From the NCBI GenBank assembly GCA_038891055.1, contig JAWAEU010000003.1, positions 26,856 through 90,855 on the forward strand: 64,000 nucleotides of DNA. Reading direction: 5' to 3'. The position numbers were made by a program, and so were the translations under genes. Shown here piece by piece: positions 28,686 to 38,472 of this stretch. The stretch comes from Candidatus Anstonellaceae archaeon (GTDB lineage Archaea > Micrarchaeota > Micrarchaeia > Anstonellales > Anstonellaceae). The notes beneath the pieces were generated by a model. It was not told the DNA's origin. It did not search any database and worked only from the letters and a program-made list of their open reading frames with translations. The first letter of the stretch is position 1. Each line of letters opens with the position of its first letter.

Positions 28686-29390
28686 TTAGTTTTGTTCTAT
28701 TGTAATTGGCAAAATTATAGTGTGATTTGCATAATTTAAATTATTTGTAGCTCGAATTTCTAAATAACCATTGTATATTCCCGAAGAGAGAGAAGGAATA
28801 ATTACTAACCCAATTAGTCTCTCCCCACCACCCAGTATTCTAATTCCACTGGCATTATAATCGCAATTAATACAATTATTTACAAATATGGTCTGGTTCA
28901 ATGTGAGATTTATTTGGCCATAATTTACTATCTCAATAGTAGAATTTTGAGGGGTAAAATTAAAATAAAAACCAGGTTTGGAATAATATAATTTTGTAGA
29001 CGGCAAGATTCTAATTTTGTTTTGGATATTTTCAATCAAATAATAACTTCCATTTTTTAAATATCCTTCTACTTCAAAATTTACTCCCTGGCAAAAATCT
29101 CCAAATTTTTTTGTTTTTAAGCAAATAGTTTTATTTTCTATTTTACTATTTTCAAAATCAATATCAAATTCAGGTTGATCTAAAAATATCAGCTCTCTGG
29201 CTCCAGGGCCTTGAGAATATACCTTTTTTGAACTACTGCTTAATGTATTGATAAAATTTTCTAGCTGTTGTTTTTTTATAGCTGAGTTCAACTCTCCATA
29301 TAAATTAAAAAACAAAGTAGCAACTATCAAAAACACTACCAATAATACTGCAATTAATATAACATATTCTGCAGAGGCTTGTGCCTTCAT
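28686..29390 (-). CDS. Class III signal peptide (type IV pilin-like) protein
   Basis: MKA|QASAEY followed by hydrophobic stretch; VYSQGPGA. Confidence 0.82.
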   Translation of the reverse strand: MKAQASAEYVILIAVLLVVFLIVATLFFNLYGELNSAIKKQQLENFINTLSSSSKKVYSQGPGARELIFLDQPEFDIDFENSKIENKTICLKTKKFGDFCQGVNFEVEGYLKNGSYYLIENIQNKIRILPSTKLYYSKPGFYFNFTPQNSTIEIVNYGQINLTLNQTIFVNNCINCDYNASGIRILGGGERLIGLVIIPSLSSGIYNGYLEIRATNNLNYANHTIILPITIEQN

Positions 29391-29429
29391 ATCTTTTTTT
29401 AATCAGATTATCTTTTAAATCTTTAATAA

Positions 29430-29696
29430 TTAAAAAACATCCAAAACCTCTAATTTTTTTTGCCCAATAATCAAATAAGGTTTATTCATACATTCAAATT
29501 TATTATTATTTTTTATTATATACAAACAGTCTTCTCTCACTAATATTTTATAAGTCCCATCTTTTTGTATAAATTCTCTTTGTTCTATTTCTTCTAATTC
29601 GTTTTTTAAATCAATCAAATATATATTTTTTTTATTTTTATTTTTATTATTAACATTTTTAAAAAATATTTTACTCATCATATCACTATTATACAC
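29430..29696 (-). CDS. Small hypothetical protein
   Basis: 88-aa ORF upstream of and co-oriented with the pilin-like gene; start uncertain. Confidence 0.4.
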   Translation of the reverse strand: MYNSDMMSKIFFKNVNNKNKNKKNIYLIDLKNELEEIEQREFIQKDGTYKILVREDCLYIIKNNNKFECMNKPYLIIGQKKLEVLDVF

Positions 29697-29870
29697 ATTT
29701 AAAATTTATAAACTTTTTGGTAAAAAATGGTTTTTTGAGGATAAAATTTTTATTTTGATTTTTATAAAAAGAATCTTATTAAAAGTATTGGTTTTTAAAT
29801 TATTTTGTATAAAATTATTTTATAAAATTTTTTTCTATTTAATTTATTAATTAAAAATCAAGGTGAAAAG

Positions 29871-30260
29871 ATGGAAAAAATTTTTGCATCTGCCAAAGAT
29901 TTAAAAGAAGGAAAATATATCTTAATTGATGGCGTGCCGTGCAGAGTGGTAAGTATAGAAAAATCCAAACCAGGAAAGCATGGAGCAGCAAAAATGCGTA
30001 TTACAGCAATAGGTATTTTTGATGGACAAAAGAAGCAATGGCTGGGCCCATCTGATCAGGATATAGAGATTCCTATAATTGAGAGGTCTAGCGCTCAAAT
30101 TTTATCTGTGAATGGAAATGTCGCTCAATTAATGGATATGAAAACATATGAAACATTTGAATTACCAATACCTCAAGAATTTTTAGCAGATGCTCAACCT
30201 GGAAAAGAGGCAGAATTAATAATTTCGATGGGAAAAAGGGCTATTCAAAGAATAAAGTGA
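29871..30260 (+). CDS. eif5a: Translation factor IF-5A
   Basis: KSKPGKHGAAK hypusine motif; GGTGA RBS. Confidence 0.97.
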   Translation: MEKIFASAKDLKEGKYILIDGVPCRVVSIEKSKPGKHGAAKMRITAIGIFDGQKKQWLGPSDQDIEIPIIERSSAQILSVNGNVAQLMDMKTYETFELPIPQEFLADAQPGKEAELIISMGKRAIQRIK

Positions 30261-30272
30261 GTGTAAGAGAAG

Positions 30273-30599
30273 GTGATTTTTGTGAATTTAAAAATAGTTT
30301 CAAAGTTAGATGAACCTCTATTTGAAAGAACGAAAATAATTTTCTCTGTCACTTTTGATGGCGCAATCCCAAAAAGAGAGCAAATAAAATCATCTCTAGC
30401 AACTGCTTTAGGTGCAACCCCAGAAAATCTAATACTACATCCTTTTAGAACAGCAAAAGGAAAAAGAGAACTACTTGGAGTAGCTTACCTCTATCCCTCA
30501 AAAGAAACTATTTTCAAATACGAAAAAAAATATATTTTAATTAGAAATGGCTTAGTTACAAAAGAGCAAAAACAACAAGCTCAAGCTAAAAAATCTTAG
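30273..30599 (+). CDS. rps24e: 30S ribosomal protein S24e
   Basis: PLFER..I.F, P.R, G.AYLY, E.KYILIRNG; precedes S27ae. Confidence 0.9.
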   Translation: MIFVNLKIVSKLDEPLFERTKIIFSVTFDGAIPKREQIKSSLATALGATPENLILHPFRTAKGKRELLGVAYLYPSKETIFKYEKKYILIRNGLVTKEQKQQAQAKKS

Positions 30600-30640
30600 A
30601 AAAAATTTTAGATTAGTTTAATTTTTCAAGAGGTTTTTTT

Positions 30641-30787
30641 ATGGCAGAAAAACAACAAAAACAAACAAAAAAAATCAAACCTTATTCTAAAAGAAAATTT
30701 TGTCCAAAATGCGGTGCTCCTGTAAAATTAGCTGAGCACAACGATAGGCGCTCTTGTGGAAAATGCGGCTATTTTGAAAGAAAATAG
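30641..30787 (+). CDS. rps27ae: 30S ribosomal protein S27ae
   Basis: Own translation [55 protein letters not shown]. Confidence 0.95.
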   Translation: MAEKQQKQTKKIKPYSKRKFCPKCGAPVKLAEHNDRRSCGKCGYFERK

Positions 30788-30809
30788 AAACGCTCTCATT
30801 TTTCTATTT

Positions 30810-32036
30810 CTATCTCAATAGGTGGGGAGCAAACAGCATAATTATCCCAAGAATCGTCATCAGCACTCCAGCAATTAGTTTGCAAAGTTTAGCGTATTTT
30901 TGTCCAATCCCCTGGGCTATTGCAAATCCTGCCATTACAAATATTATTATGTCATCTATCATATAAAAAATGTCATATACAAAAATATAGAAATATCTCT
31001 CAATATCTGATATGTTTTTTAGTGCTAATACTTGAGTAAAAACAGCTGGAATTGCAGAAGAGCATAAAAACTCCACTGAGTTTATTACAAAAGCAAGGCC
31101 AATGATAGCTACTATCAGCCCGATTGTAAGGGGGTCTTGGGCTATTTTTTTAATTATACTGGTTGTTTTTTTGTGCTCTTGTTCATCTCCTACTTTACAT
31201 ACAAGTTCTCCTTTTGTAGTGATATATTCCTTCAAATTAAGAATTCCAGCACCAAGGGCAAAAAGTCCAATTATTACTGTAACTATTCTAATGTATCCTA
31301 CCAATAAAAAAGCATTAAGCCAAGCAGTCATAAACAAAAAATATAATACTCCTGAAGCAAACAGGAAGCTTCCAATTATCAACCAAAATTTCTTTTTGTC
31401 ATTAACCTCTAATAAAATTCCTATCATATAAACTAAAACCCACATGGCACAGGGATTAAAACCATCCACTAATCCCAATGTTATTGCTAAAATCGGTAGA
31501 GAAAGAGTGGTTAGGTCAGTTTTTCCAATTAGTGGTAAATCCATTGTAGTTTCAATTTGAGTGCTTGTTGTTTGTTGAATAGAAAAATTGTTTGCGCTTT
31601 TTTGTTTATTCAAATAATTTTGAATCTCATATAAAATTTGCTCTTTAGTGTGAAAACCAATCAAAGCCTTTTTTCCTATGAAAATTGCGGGTACTCCTAA
31701 TTTTTCAGCATCCAAATTAGCTTCTTTTGCCATAGAGTATAAAAGAGATGCCTCATTGCCAGCTGAAGCATCATGGTATACAAATGAAATATTTTTTAAT
31801 TCTCTCTCCAATTCCGCAATTATTGGTCTTTGCTGTGCACAATGTGGGCATGTTGGAAGATAAAAATAATGGATGGTAAGGATGCTGCCATCCTTAGTTT
31901 CTTTTTCTAGAGGTATCTCACCGCCTATTCCACTATATATTATAAATATACCTAAAAGTGCTAAAAGGCAAACTAAATAAAAATTAAATGGCTCAGCTAG
32001 AAATTCTCTAATTTCTTTTGTTATTCTTTCAATCAT
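30810..32036 (-). CDS. Thioredoxin/glutaredoxin domain fused to cytochrome c biogenesis (DsbD-like) membrane domain
   Basis: CPHC, GVP, then GLVDGFNPCAMWVL and VEFLCS..IPAVFT. Confidence 0.85.
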   Translation of the reverse strand: MIERITKEIREFLAEPFNFYLVCLLALLGIFIIYSGIGGEIPLEKETKDGSILTIHYFYLPTCPHCAQQRPIIAELERELKNISFVYHDASAGNEASLLYSMAKEANLDAEKLGVPAIFIGKKALIGFHTKEQILYEIQNYLNKQKSANNFSIQQTTSTQIETTMDLPLIGKTDLTTLSLPILAITLGLVDGFNPCAMWVLVYMIGILLEVNDKKKFWLIIGSFLFASGVLYFLFMTAWLNAFLLVGYIRIVTVIIGLFALGAGILNLKEYITTKGELVCKVGDEQEHKKTTSIIKKIAQDPLTIGLIVAIIGLAFVINSVEFLCSSAIPAVFTQVLALKNISDIERYFYIFVYDIFYMIDDIIIFVMAGFAIAQGIGQKYAKLCKLIAGVLMTILGIIMLFAPHLLR

Positions 32037-32092
32037 TTTTCCCCCTTTTCTTAATTTAAAATTAAAATTTATTTTCCTGCTTAGAAAATTTA

Positions 32093-33070
32093 TTAAACTA
32101 AAATATTAAACAGGTACCCAATTATTATAAAACTAATTGCCAGTGTGCTTAAAAATATTACTAGTAATTTTGGTTTTAATAACTTCTTTAATATCAAAAT
32201 TTGAGGAAAAGAAAGTGCAGTTATGGACATTAACAAACAAAGTGCTGTTCCCCAAGCCATTCCTTTTGAAATAAGGCTTTGTATTATCGGAATTGCCCCC
32301 GCAGCATTTGAATAAAGTGGAATTCCAACGAATACTGCAATAATTACAGCAAAAGGATTATCTTTTGAAGCATATTTTAAAATAAAATCTTGTGGTATGT
32401 AACCATGAATAAATCCACCTATTGCAATTCCTATTAAAATATATTTCCAAACTTGTTTTATTATTTCCATACTCTCCCTATATCCTAACCCTAATCTTTT
32501 AGAAAAAGAAATTTTTTCTTCCAAATTTTGTGTCTGCTTTGGCTGTTGTTGATTTTTTATAAAATCTGCTAATTGATCTTCCATGTTTAATTTTCCTATA
32601 AATATCCCAACTAAAATTGAAATAAGTAAACCACTTAAAATATAAATAATAGTTACCTCCAATCCAAAAAGTCCTAATAACATTATTATTGCAATTTCGT
32701 TTATGGTTGGGCTTGCTATTAAAAAGGATAAGCTAACACCAAGTGGCACTCCTGCTCTTATCAGTCCAATAAAAAGAGGTATAGCTGAACAAGTACAAAA
32801 TGGAGTTGGGATTCCAGCTAAAGCAGCTAAAATATTCCCAATCCCATATTTTTTATTAGAAAGAAATGACTTTATTTTATTTTGATTTATATATGTTCTA
32901 ATTATTCCAACCAAAAAACTTATTACAAATAATAGAAAAAAAACTTTTAGGGTGTCGTAAATAAAAAAATCTATAGCAGCTGAAAGAGGAGAGTGTTCCA
33001 GCTTTAAAACCTCGTATACAATATATTGTGATATTTGGTTTTCTACACCCATTTTATTACCTCTAACCAA
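32093..33070 (-). CDS. DUF318/ArsP-family permease
   Basis: TPFCTCSAIPLF, SFLIASP.INE, GIPLYSNAAG, ALS.P. Confidence 0.9.
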   Translation of the reverse strand: MVRGNKMGVENQISQYIVYEVLKLEHSPLSAAIDFFIYDTLKVFFLLFVISFLVGIIRTYINQNKIKSFLSNKKYGIGNILAALAGIPTPFCTCSAIPLFIGLIRAGVPLGVSLSFLIASPTINEIAIIMLLGLFGLEVTIIYILSGLLISILVGIFIGKLNMEDQLADFIKNQQQPKQTQNLEEKISFSKRLGLGYRESMEIIKQVWKYILIGIAIGGFIHGYIPQDFILKYASKDNPFAVIIAVFVGIPLYSNAAGAIPIIQSLISKGMAWGTALCLLMSITALSFPQILILKKLLKPKLLVIFLSTLAISFIIIGYLFNILV

Positions 33071-33074
33071 AAAG

Positions 33075-33311
33075 TTAATAGTTTTTCAATATTTCAATTA
33101 ATTTGTTTTTATGTGCTACTTGTCCTTCTAATATTACCTTACCATTCACTATTAATGCTGGGGTGCTTGTTATACCTCTATTAACTATCTCCTCAATATC
33201 TTTAATTTCCTGTATTTCTGCTTTTTTATTGAGCACTCTTAGAGCATAAAGCACATTTTCTTTTAATTCTTTGCATTTTTGACATCCCATACCTAAAATT
33301 TCAATTTTCAT
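33075..33311 (-). CDS. Small redox-active thioredoxin-like protein (MTH895-like)
   Basis: MKIEILGMGCQKC...TPALIVNG; ATG overlaps the arsR stop (ATGA). Confidence 0.9.
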   Translation of the reverse strand: MKIEILGMGCQKCKELKENVLYALRVLNKKAEIQEIKDIEEIVNRGITSTPALIVNGKVILEGQVAHKNKLIEILKNY

Positions 33312-33580
33312 CTTTCCACCTCTAACTTTTTCCATTTTAAAATAGTTCTAAGTATTATCTTTCCACTAGTTGTAAGATAAAATTTTTTCTCTCGGCCTAA
33401 TTTTTTTGATTTTAGGAGTTTATTTTTTTCCAAGATTTTCAAGTGCTGAGAAATTGCTGGTTGACTTACTTTTAGTTTTGAGGGAAGCTTACAAACACAA
33501 AGTGGTTTTTTGTTTAGAATTTTTAGAATTTTTAATCTAGTTTTATCAGCCAAGGTTTTTAATATATTCTCTACTCTCAT
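33308..33580 (-). CDS. ArsR/SmtB family metalloregulator
   Basis: KTLADKTRLKIL, LCVC, SQPAISQHLKIL. Confidence 0.92.
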   Translation of the reverse strand: MRVENILKTLADKTRLKILKILNKKPLCVCKLPSKLKVSQPAISQHLKILEKNKLLKSKKLGREKKFYLTTSGKIILRTILKWKKLEVER

Positions 33581-33589
33581 TATTACCAA

Positions 33590-33609
33590 ATATAAGTATA
33601 TACTTATAT
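33590..33609. promoter_or_regulatory. Perfect 20-bp palindrome, likely ArsR operator
   Basis: ATATAAGTATATACTTATAT is its own reverse complement and lies about 10 nt upstream of the arsR ATG. Confidence 0.75.
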
Positions 33610-33644
33610 ATTTTTAATGATATCTTTTTTTATAATAAGAATCT

Positions 33645-34628
33645 TTATTTTTTGTAATATTTCTCTAATTGGTCTATTCTCCATTTTTGGTCATAAAAAA
33701 CTTCTTGTGGCTCTATTGTATATTCTGTTAATTTTGAAGCACAAACGGCTATCATGGCCCCATTATCTGCGTTATATTGATCCTCAGAGGTTTTTACCTC
33801 TACCCCATGCTCGCTTGCCATTTGTGTCAATTTCTTTATAAGTTCTTTATTTTGTGCTACCCCTCCACATACAATTATTTGTTTTTTTCTTGTTAGCATT
33901 AATGCCCTTTCAGTAGCCTCGCACAGCTCATCGAAAGCTATTTCCATAAGAGAATAGCACAAGTCCTCTTTTGGTATTTTTCCAATTAGTTTTGTGGCAT
34001 AAGTGTATAATCCACTAAAAGAAAAATTCATCCCCTTTATAGTATATGGCATATTATAAAAGTTTTTTCCTTCACTAGCTAATTTTGCAACTATTGAGCC
34101 ATGCCCAAATTCTTCTCCTAACTTTCTTGCAAACATGTCAAACAAATTGCCCAATCCAATATCTAATGTTTCTCCCATCACAATAAACTTTAACTTTTCT
34201 TTTTCCACTAAAATTTGAGTATTTCCTCCACTGACATACAATATAAGAGGATCTAAAAATCCTGTTTGATATTTTGTTATTTCGACATGAGCATGTGGGT
34301 GATTGATAGGTATCACTTTTTTACCATACTTTTCTGCCAAGAATTCAGTACAAATTGATCCTATTTGTAAGCATGGTCCAAGGCCAGGCCCAGCCGAATA
34401 GGCAAAATAATCAATATCTCTAATTTTTAATTTTGCTTCACCAAGAGCCTGAAGGATAGTTTTTGTACAATTTTGAATATGAAATTCTGCAGCTTTTTTT
34501 GGTACGATTCCCTCTCCTAGTGGTTTGTAGTATGACTTAGCATTTGATAATATGATATTTTTTTCACTATCAAATATCCCAACTCCAAAAGTATGGGCAG
34601 TAGATTCTATTCCCAAGATTTTTACCAT
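33645..34628 (-). CDS. kae1: tRNA t6A threonylcarbamoyltransferase Kae1 (stand-alone)
   Basis: LGIESTAHT, GPGLGPCL, NHPHAHVE, LYVSGGNTQ, GETLDIG.GN, DNGAMIA. Confidence 0.95.
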   Translation of the reverse strand: MVKILGIESTAHTFGVGIFDSEKNIILSNAKSYYKPLGEGIVPKKAAEFHIQNCTKTILQALGEAKLKIRDIDYFAYSAGPGLGPCLQIGSICTEFLAEKYGKKVIPINHPHAHVEITKYQTGFLDPLILYVSGGNTQILVEKEKLKFIVMGETLDIGLGNLFDMFARKLGEEFGHGSIVAKLASEGKNFYNMPYTIKGMNFSFSGLYTYATKLIGKIPKEDLCYSLMEIAFDELCEATERALMLTRKKQIIVCGGVAQNKELIKKLTQMASEHGVEVKTSEDQYNADNGAMIAVCASKLTEYTIEPQEVFYDQKWRIDQLEKYYKK

Positions 34629-34650
34629 CCCTATCAGCTGTCTTATTACT

Positions 34651-35652
34651 CTATTTTAAGCTAATTTTTTTACCATCGAAATTTAGCAAAATATCTTTTT
34701 TTGCTATTGTTCTACCAATTATATAACTTTTTATTCTATGGGAATTTGCAATATCTATTATATTTTCTACTTCCTCTTTTGGTGCAATTATTACAAATCC
34801 AATTCCCATGTTAAATGTCCTGTAGCATTCGTAGGGGTCTTCTACAATTGTCAATAATTCTTTAAAAATGTCTTTTGGCTGGGGCATTTGCTCCAAATAA
34901 AATCCGCATCCGCAAAATTTACTTAGTCGCTCTAATTTTGAAAAAGAGCCACCAGTAATATGAGCAAATCCATGGACAGCACAATTTTTTAAAATTTCTA
35001 ATGCAACAGGGCTATATATTTTTGTTGGAGTGAGCATTTTTTTACCCCACTTTTTTATATCCAATACTTTTCTTGCCAAACTAAAACCATTTGAATGAAG
35101 TCCATTAGATTCTAACCCTATTAATACATCTTCTTTTGTAATTTTAGAGCCATCTAAATATCTCTCAACGACACCTATTACACTAAATGAAATATCATAC
35201 CCTATTTTTTGCTCAGGGTTTAAAAGCATATCCGGCAATATCGCAGTTTCTCCGCCCACAAGTGCAGTTTTAGAGATTTTGCACCCCTTTATTATTCCAC
35301 TTAAAATCTCGCCTAATAATTTTTTGTCATCTTTAGATATTGCAATATAATCCAAACCAACTATTGGTTTTGCACCAACACAAACTATATCATTTACATT
35401 CATTGCTACTGCATCAATTCCAACAGTGTCGTGTTTATTTAATGCTTGAGCTACCAAAATTTTTGTACCAACTCCATCGCAATGTGCAACAAGGTCAGTA
35501 GAATTTACTCTGAAAAAACCACCATAGTGTCCAGTTATAAAATTAGGAGTATATTTATTTTTTGTACTTAAAATAAGGCGGTTTATTTTCTTTTGTATCT
35601 GTCTGATTTTTGCTATATTCACTCCACTATCTTTATAGGTAAATTTAGCCAT
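34651..35652 (-). CDS. purM: Phosphoribosylformylglycinamidine cyclo-ligase
   Basis: YKDSGVNI, DGVGTK, GIDAVAMNVND, GGETA, SNGLHSNGFSL, HITGG, TFNMGIG. Confidence 0.96.
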   Translation of the reverse strand: MAKFTYKDSGVNIAKIRQIQKKINRLILSTKNKYTPNFITGHYGGFFRVNSTDLVAHCDGVGTKILVAQALNKHDTVGIDAVAMNVNDIVCVGAKPIVGLDYIAISKDDKKLLGEILSGIIKGCKISKTALVGGETAILPDMLLNPEQKIGYDISFSVIGVVERYLDGSKITKEDVLIGLESNGLHSNGFSLARKVLDIKKWGKKMLTPTKIYSPVALEILKNCAVHGFAHITGGSFSKLERLSKFCGCGFYLEQMPQPKDIFKELLTIVEDPYECYRTFNMGIGFVIIAPKEEVENIIDIANSHRIKSYIIGRTIAKKDILLNFDGKKISLK

Positions 35653-35749
35653 ATTTTAAATATTTTTTTAGCATTTAAAAATCTGTCCTTCAAAACATAA
35701 AATAAGATTTTTAAATCTTTTTTTTGTATTATTTTAGAGGGGTGATTGA

Positions 35750-36253
35750 ATGCAATCTTTGGAAGTTGGCAACGCAATATTTTCGATGGTCTTTTATGCT
35801 GTTAAAATTCTCCTAGCAATATTGTTATCCACTTTCACAATCTATCTTGGTTTGCAATTATTCAATAAAATAACCAAAAAAGTAGATGAATTGGAAGAAA
35901 TCAAAAAGGGCAATGTCGCAGTAGCAGTGGTGTTAGTTTCTATTGTTTTAGCAATTGCTTCTATTGTCCAGGGAGGAATTGAAAATATTTCTTTATTGGT
36001 AAACCCAGTCCTTCCACTCAACACTCTACTCTTTGGTTTAATCTTTGCCTTAGTGCAGCTTTTAATAAGTGTAGCTGTAGCAATAATTACAATTTCAATC
36101 GCAATCTTTGTTATGGGCAGAATTGCAAAAGACTTAGATTATGAAACTCAAATCAAAAAAGGCAATGTCGCAGTTGCTCTATTAGTTGGAGGTATTCTCT
36201 TAGCACTATCTTTTGTGATAAGAGCAGGAGTAGCTGCATTTAGCTTAATTTAA
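35750..36253 (+). CDS. DUF350 family membrane protein (duplicated domain)
   Basis: Two copies of IKKGNVAVA; four hydrophobic helices. Confidence 0.85.
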   Translation: MQSLEVGNAIFSMVFYAVKILLAILLSTFTIYLGLQLFNKITKKVDELEEIKKGNVAVAVVLVSIVLAIASIVQGGIENISLLVNPVLPLNTLLFGLIFALVQLLISVAVAIITISIAIFVMGRIAKDLDYETQIKKGNVAVALLVGGILLALSFVIRAGVAAFSLI

Positions 36254-36301
36254 AATTCTCTTTTTTTTCTTTTTTTATTTTTTTTAGCTCGAGGTGTTTT
36301 T

Positions 36302-36598
36302 TTGGATCAACTAAAAATAGGAGATTTAAAACCAGGTCTAAGCTCCTTTTGCATCCAGGGTATAATAAGCTCTATAGAGGAGGCAAAAGAAGTGATAACA
36401 AAATATGGAAACAAGATAAAAGTTTCTCATGCAATTTTAGAGGATGAGAGTGGAAGTATAGTCTTAACTTTATGGGGGGAGGATAGCTCAAAATACAAAG
36501 TAGGAGATAAAATATTTTTAGAAAATTGCTATGTTAGTGAATTTAGGGGAAATTTACAACTCTCAGTTAAAAAAGGAGGGCAAATAAAACTAATTTAG
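36302..36598 (+). CDS. Single OB-fold ssDNA-binding (SSB/RPA-like) protein
   Basis: KIGDLKPG, L.DESGSI.LTLWG, YVSEFRG.LQL. Confidence 0.88.
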   Translation: MDQLKIGDLKPGLSSFCIQGIISSIEEAKEVITKYGNKIKVSHAILEDESGSIVLTLWGEDSSKYKVGDKIFLENCYVSEFRGNLQLSVKKGGQIKLI

Positions 36599-36773
36599 CA
36601 ATAATTTAATTTCAATCCACAACCAATTGCCCGCCAGCAAGAAAGAAGCAAAGTTTTTATTTTTTACCTCTCTATTATTTTATATAAATAAATAGTTTAT
36701 TTTCTATTCTATGAAGTAAATTTAGCTGATCTATAAACTTTCTATTTAATCTGCCTATTTTCTTTTTTAGGAG

Positions 36774-38423
36774 GTGGTAAATATGGCAAGATTAGAAAGT
36801 CAGCAATCTTCTGCATTGCCAGAAGGAACTACAAGAATTATTGGAAGAGATGCACAGAGAACAAATATAGCTATAGGGTATGCAATAGCTTCGATAGTTA
36901 GAACTACCCTTGGACCAAAAGGAATGGACAAGATGTTGGTTTCAGACCTTGGAGATATTGTAATTACAAACGACGGTGCAACCATTTTAGAGGAAATGAA
37001 TGTAGAGCACCCAACTGCAAAAATTATGGTGGAGATTGCAAAAACTCAAGACAAAGAAGTGGGTGATGGAACTACTACTGCAGTTGTATTTATGGGAGAG
37101 CTTTGTAAAGAGGCTTCAAAACTTCTTGATCAAAACCTACATCCCTCTACCATTATCAAAGGTTACACTCAAGCAGCAGCAAAATGTGAGGAATTTTTAA
37201 ATGAGCTCTCTCAAAGTGTTAGTATCGAAGATACAGAAGCATTAGAAAAAATAGCTCAAGTCTCAATGGGCTCAAAATCAATAGGCGTAGGAGATACTAA
37301 AGAATATTTGGCAAAATTGGTTGTAAAAGCAATAAGGCAAGTGGCAGAGAAAAAAGACGGCAAATATGTAATTGACGAGGATTTAATAAAAATTGAAAAG
37401 AAAGCAGGTGGGGAAATAAAAGATACCTCTCTAATTCAAGGGGTGCTAATAGATAAAGAAGTAGTACATTCAGGCATGCCAAAAGAAGTAAAAAATGCAA
37501 AAATTGCTCTCATCGATGCAGCTTTGGAAATCGAAAAAACAGAAGTAGATGCAAAAATAGAAATTACCTCCCCAGAGCAAATGTCCTCTTTCTTAGCCCA
37601 AGAAGAGAAAATGCTAAAAGAGATGGTAGAAAAAATAGCTAAGAGTGGAGCAAATGTAGTTTTCTGCCAAAAAGGAATTGACGATATGGCACAACACTTC
37701 TTGGCAAAAAAGAAAATCTTGGCTGTAAGAAGAGTGAAAAAATCAGATATGGAAAAACTATCAAGAGCTACTGGAGCAAGAATAGTTTCTACATTAGATG
37801 ATTTGGCAGAGCAAGATTTAGGTTTTGCAGGAATTGTTTATGAAAAAACCATTGCAGGCGAAAAGATGGTGTTTGTTGAAAACTGCAAGGATCCAAAATC
37901 AGTTACACTGTTTGTAAGAGCATCTACTGACCACGTAGTAGCTGAGGCAGAAAGAGCAATTGTGGATGCAATCGGAGCAGTCTCTTCTTCTATAGAAGAT
38001 GGAAAATTTGTTACTGGTGGTGGCTCAATAGAAATGGAACTTTCAACAAAGCTAAAGAAATATGCTGCCGAAGTTGGAGGACGAGAACAATTAGCAATAA
38101 GTGCATTTGCAGATTCCTTGGAAATAATTCCAAGAACTCTAGCAGAGTCTGCAGGAATGGATGCAATCGATGCATTGGTAGAATTAAGAGCAAAACACCA
38201 AAAAGAAGAGGGCAAATATTATGGAATAAATGTATTTAGTGGAAAAGTTGAAGACATGTACAAATTAGGTGTTTTTGAGCCAACAAAAGTAAAAAGACAG
38301 GCAATAGCATCTGCAGCCGAGGCAGCAAGAATGATTCTAAGAATAGACGATATGATTTCTTCTAAACCAAAGCCATCTTCGTCCAAAACTCCAGGAGGAG
38401 AAGAAGGAGGTCTAGAAGACTAA
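36774..38423 (+). CDS. Thermosome subunit (group II chaperonin); likely start ATG 36783
   Basis: [29 protein letters not shown]. Confidence 0.98.
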   Translation: MVNMARLESQQSSALPEGTTRIIGRDAQRTNIAIGYAIASIVRTTLGPKGMDKMLVSDLGDIVITNDGATILEEMNVEHPTAKIMVEIAKTQDKEVGDGTTTAVVFMGELCKEASKLLDQNLHPSTIIKGYTQAAAKCEEFLNELSQSVSIEDTEALEKIAQVSMGSKSIGVGDTKEYLAKLVVKAIRQVAEKKDGKYVIDEDLIKIEKKAGGEIKDTSLIQGVLIDKEVVHSGMPKEVKNAKIALIDAALEIEKTEVDAKIEITSPEQMSSFLAQEEKMLKEMVEKIAKSGANVVFCQKGIDDMAQHFLAKKKILAVRRVKKSDMEKLSRATGARIVSTLDDLAEQDLGFAGIVYEKTIAGEKMVFVENCKDPKSVTLFVRASTDHVVAEAERAIVDAIGAVSSSIEDGKFVTGGGSIEMELSTKLKKYAAEVGGREQLAISAFADSLEIIPRTLAESAGMDAIDALVELRAKHQKEEGKYYGINVFSGKVEDMYKLGVFEPTKVKRQAIASAAEAARMILRIDDMISSKPKPSSSKTPGGEEGGLED

Positions 38424-38472
38424 ACTAAATTTTTTCTTCTTTTTTCTTTTTTATATTTTTTTAGGCGATCAG

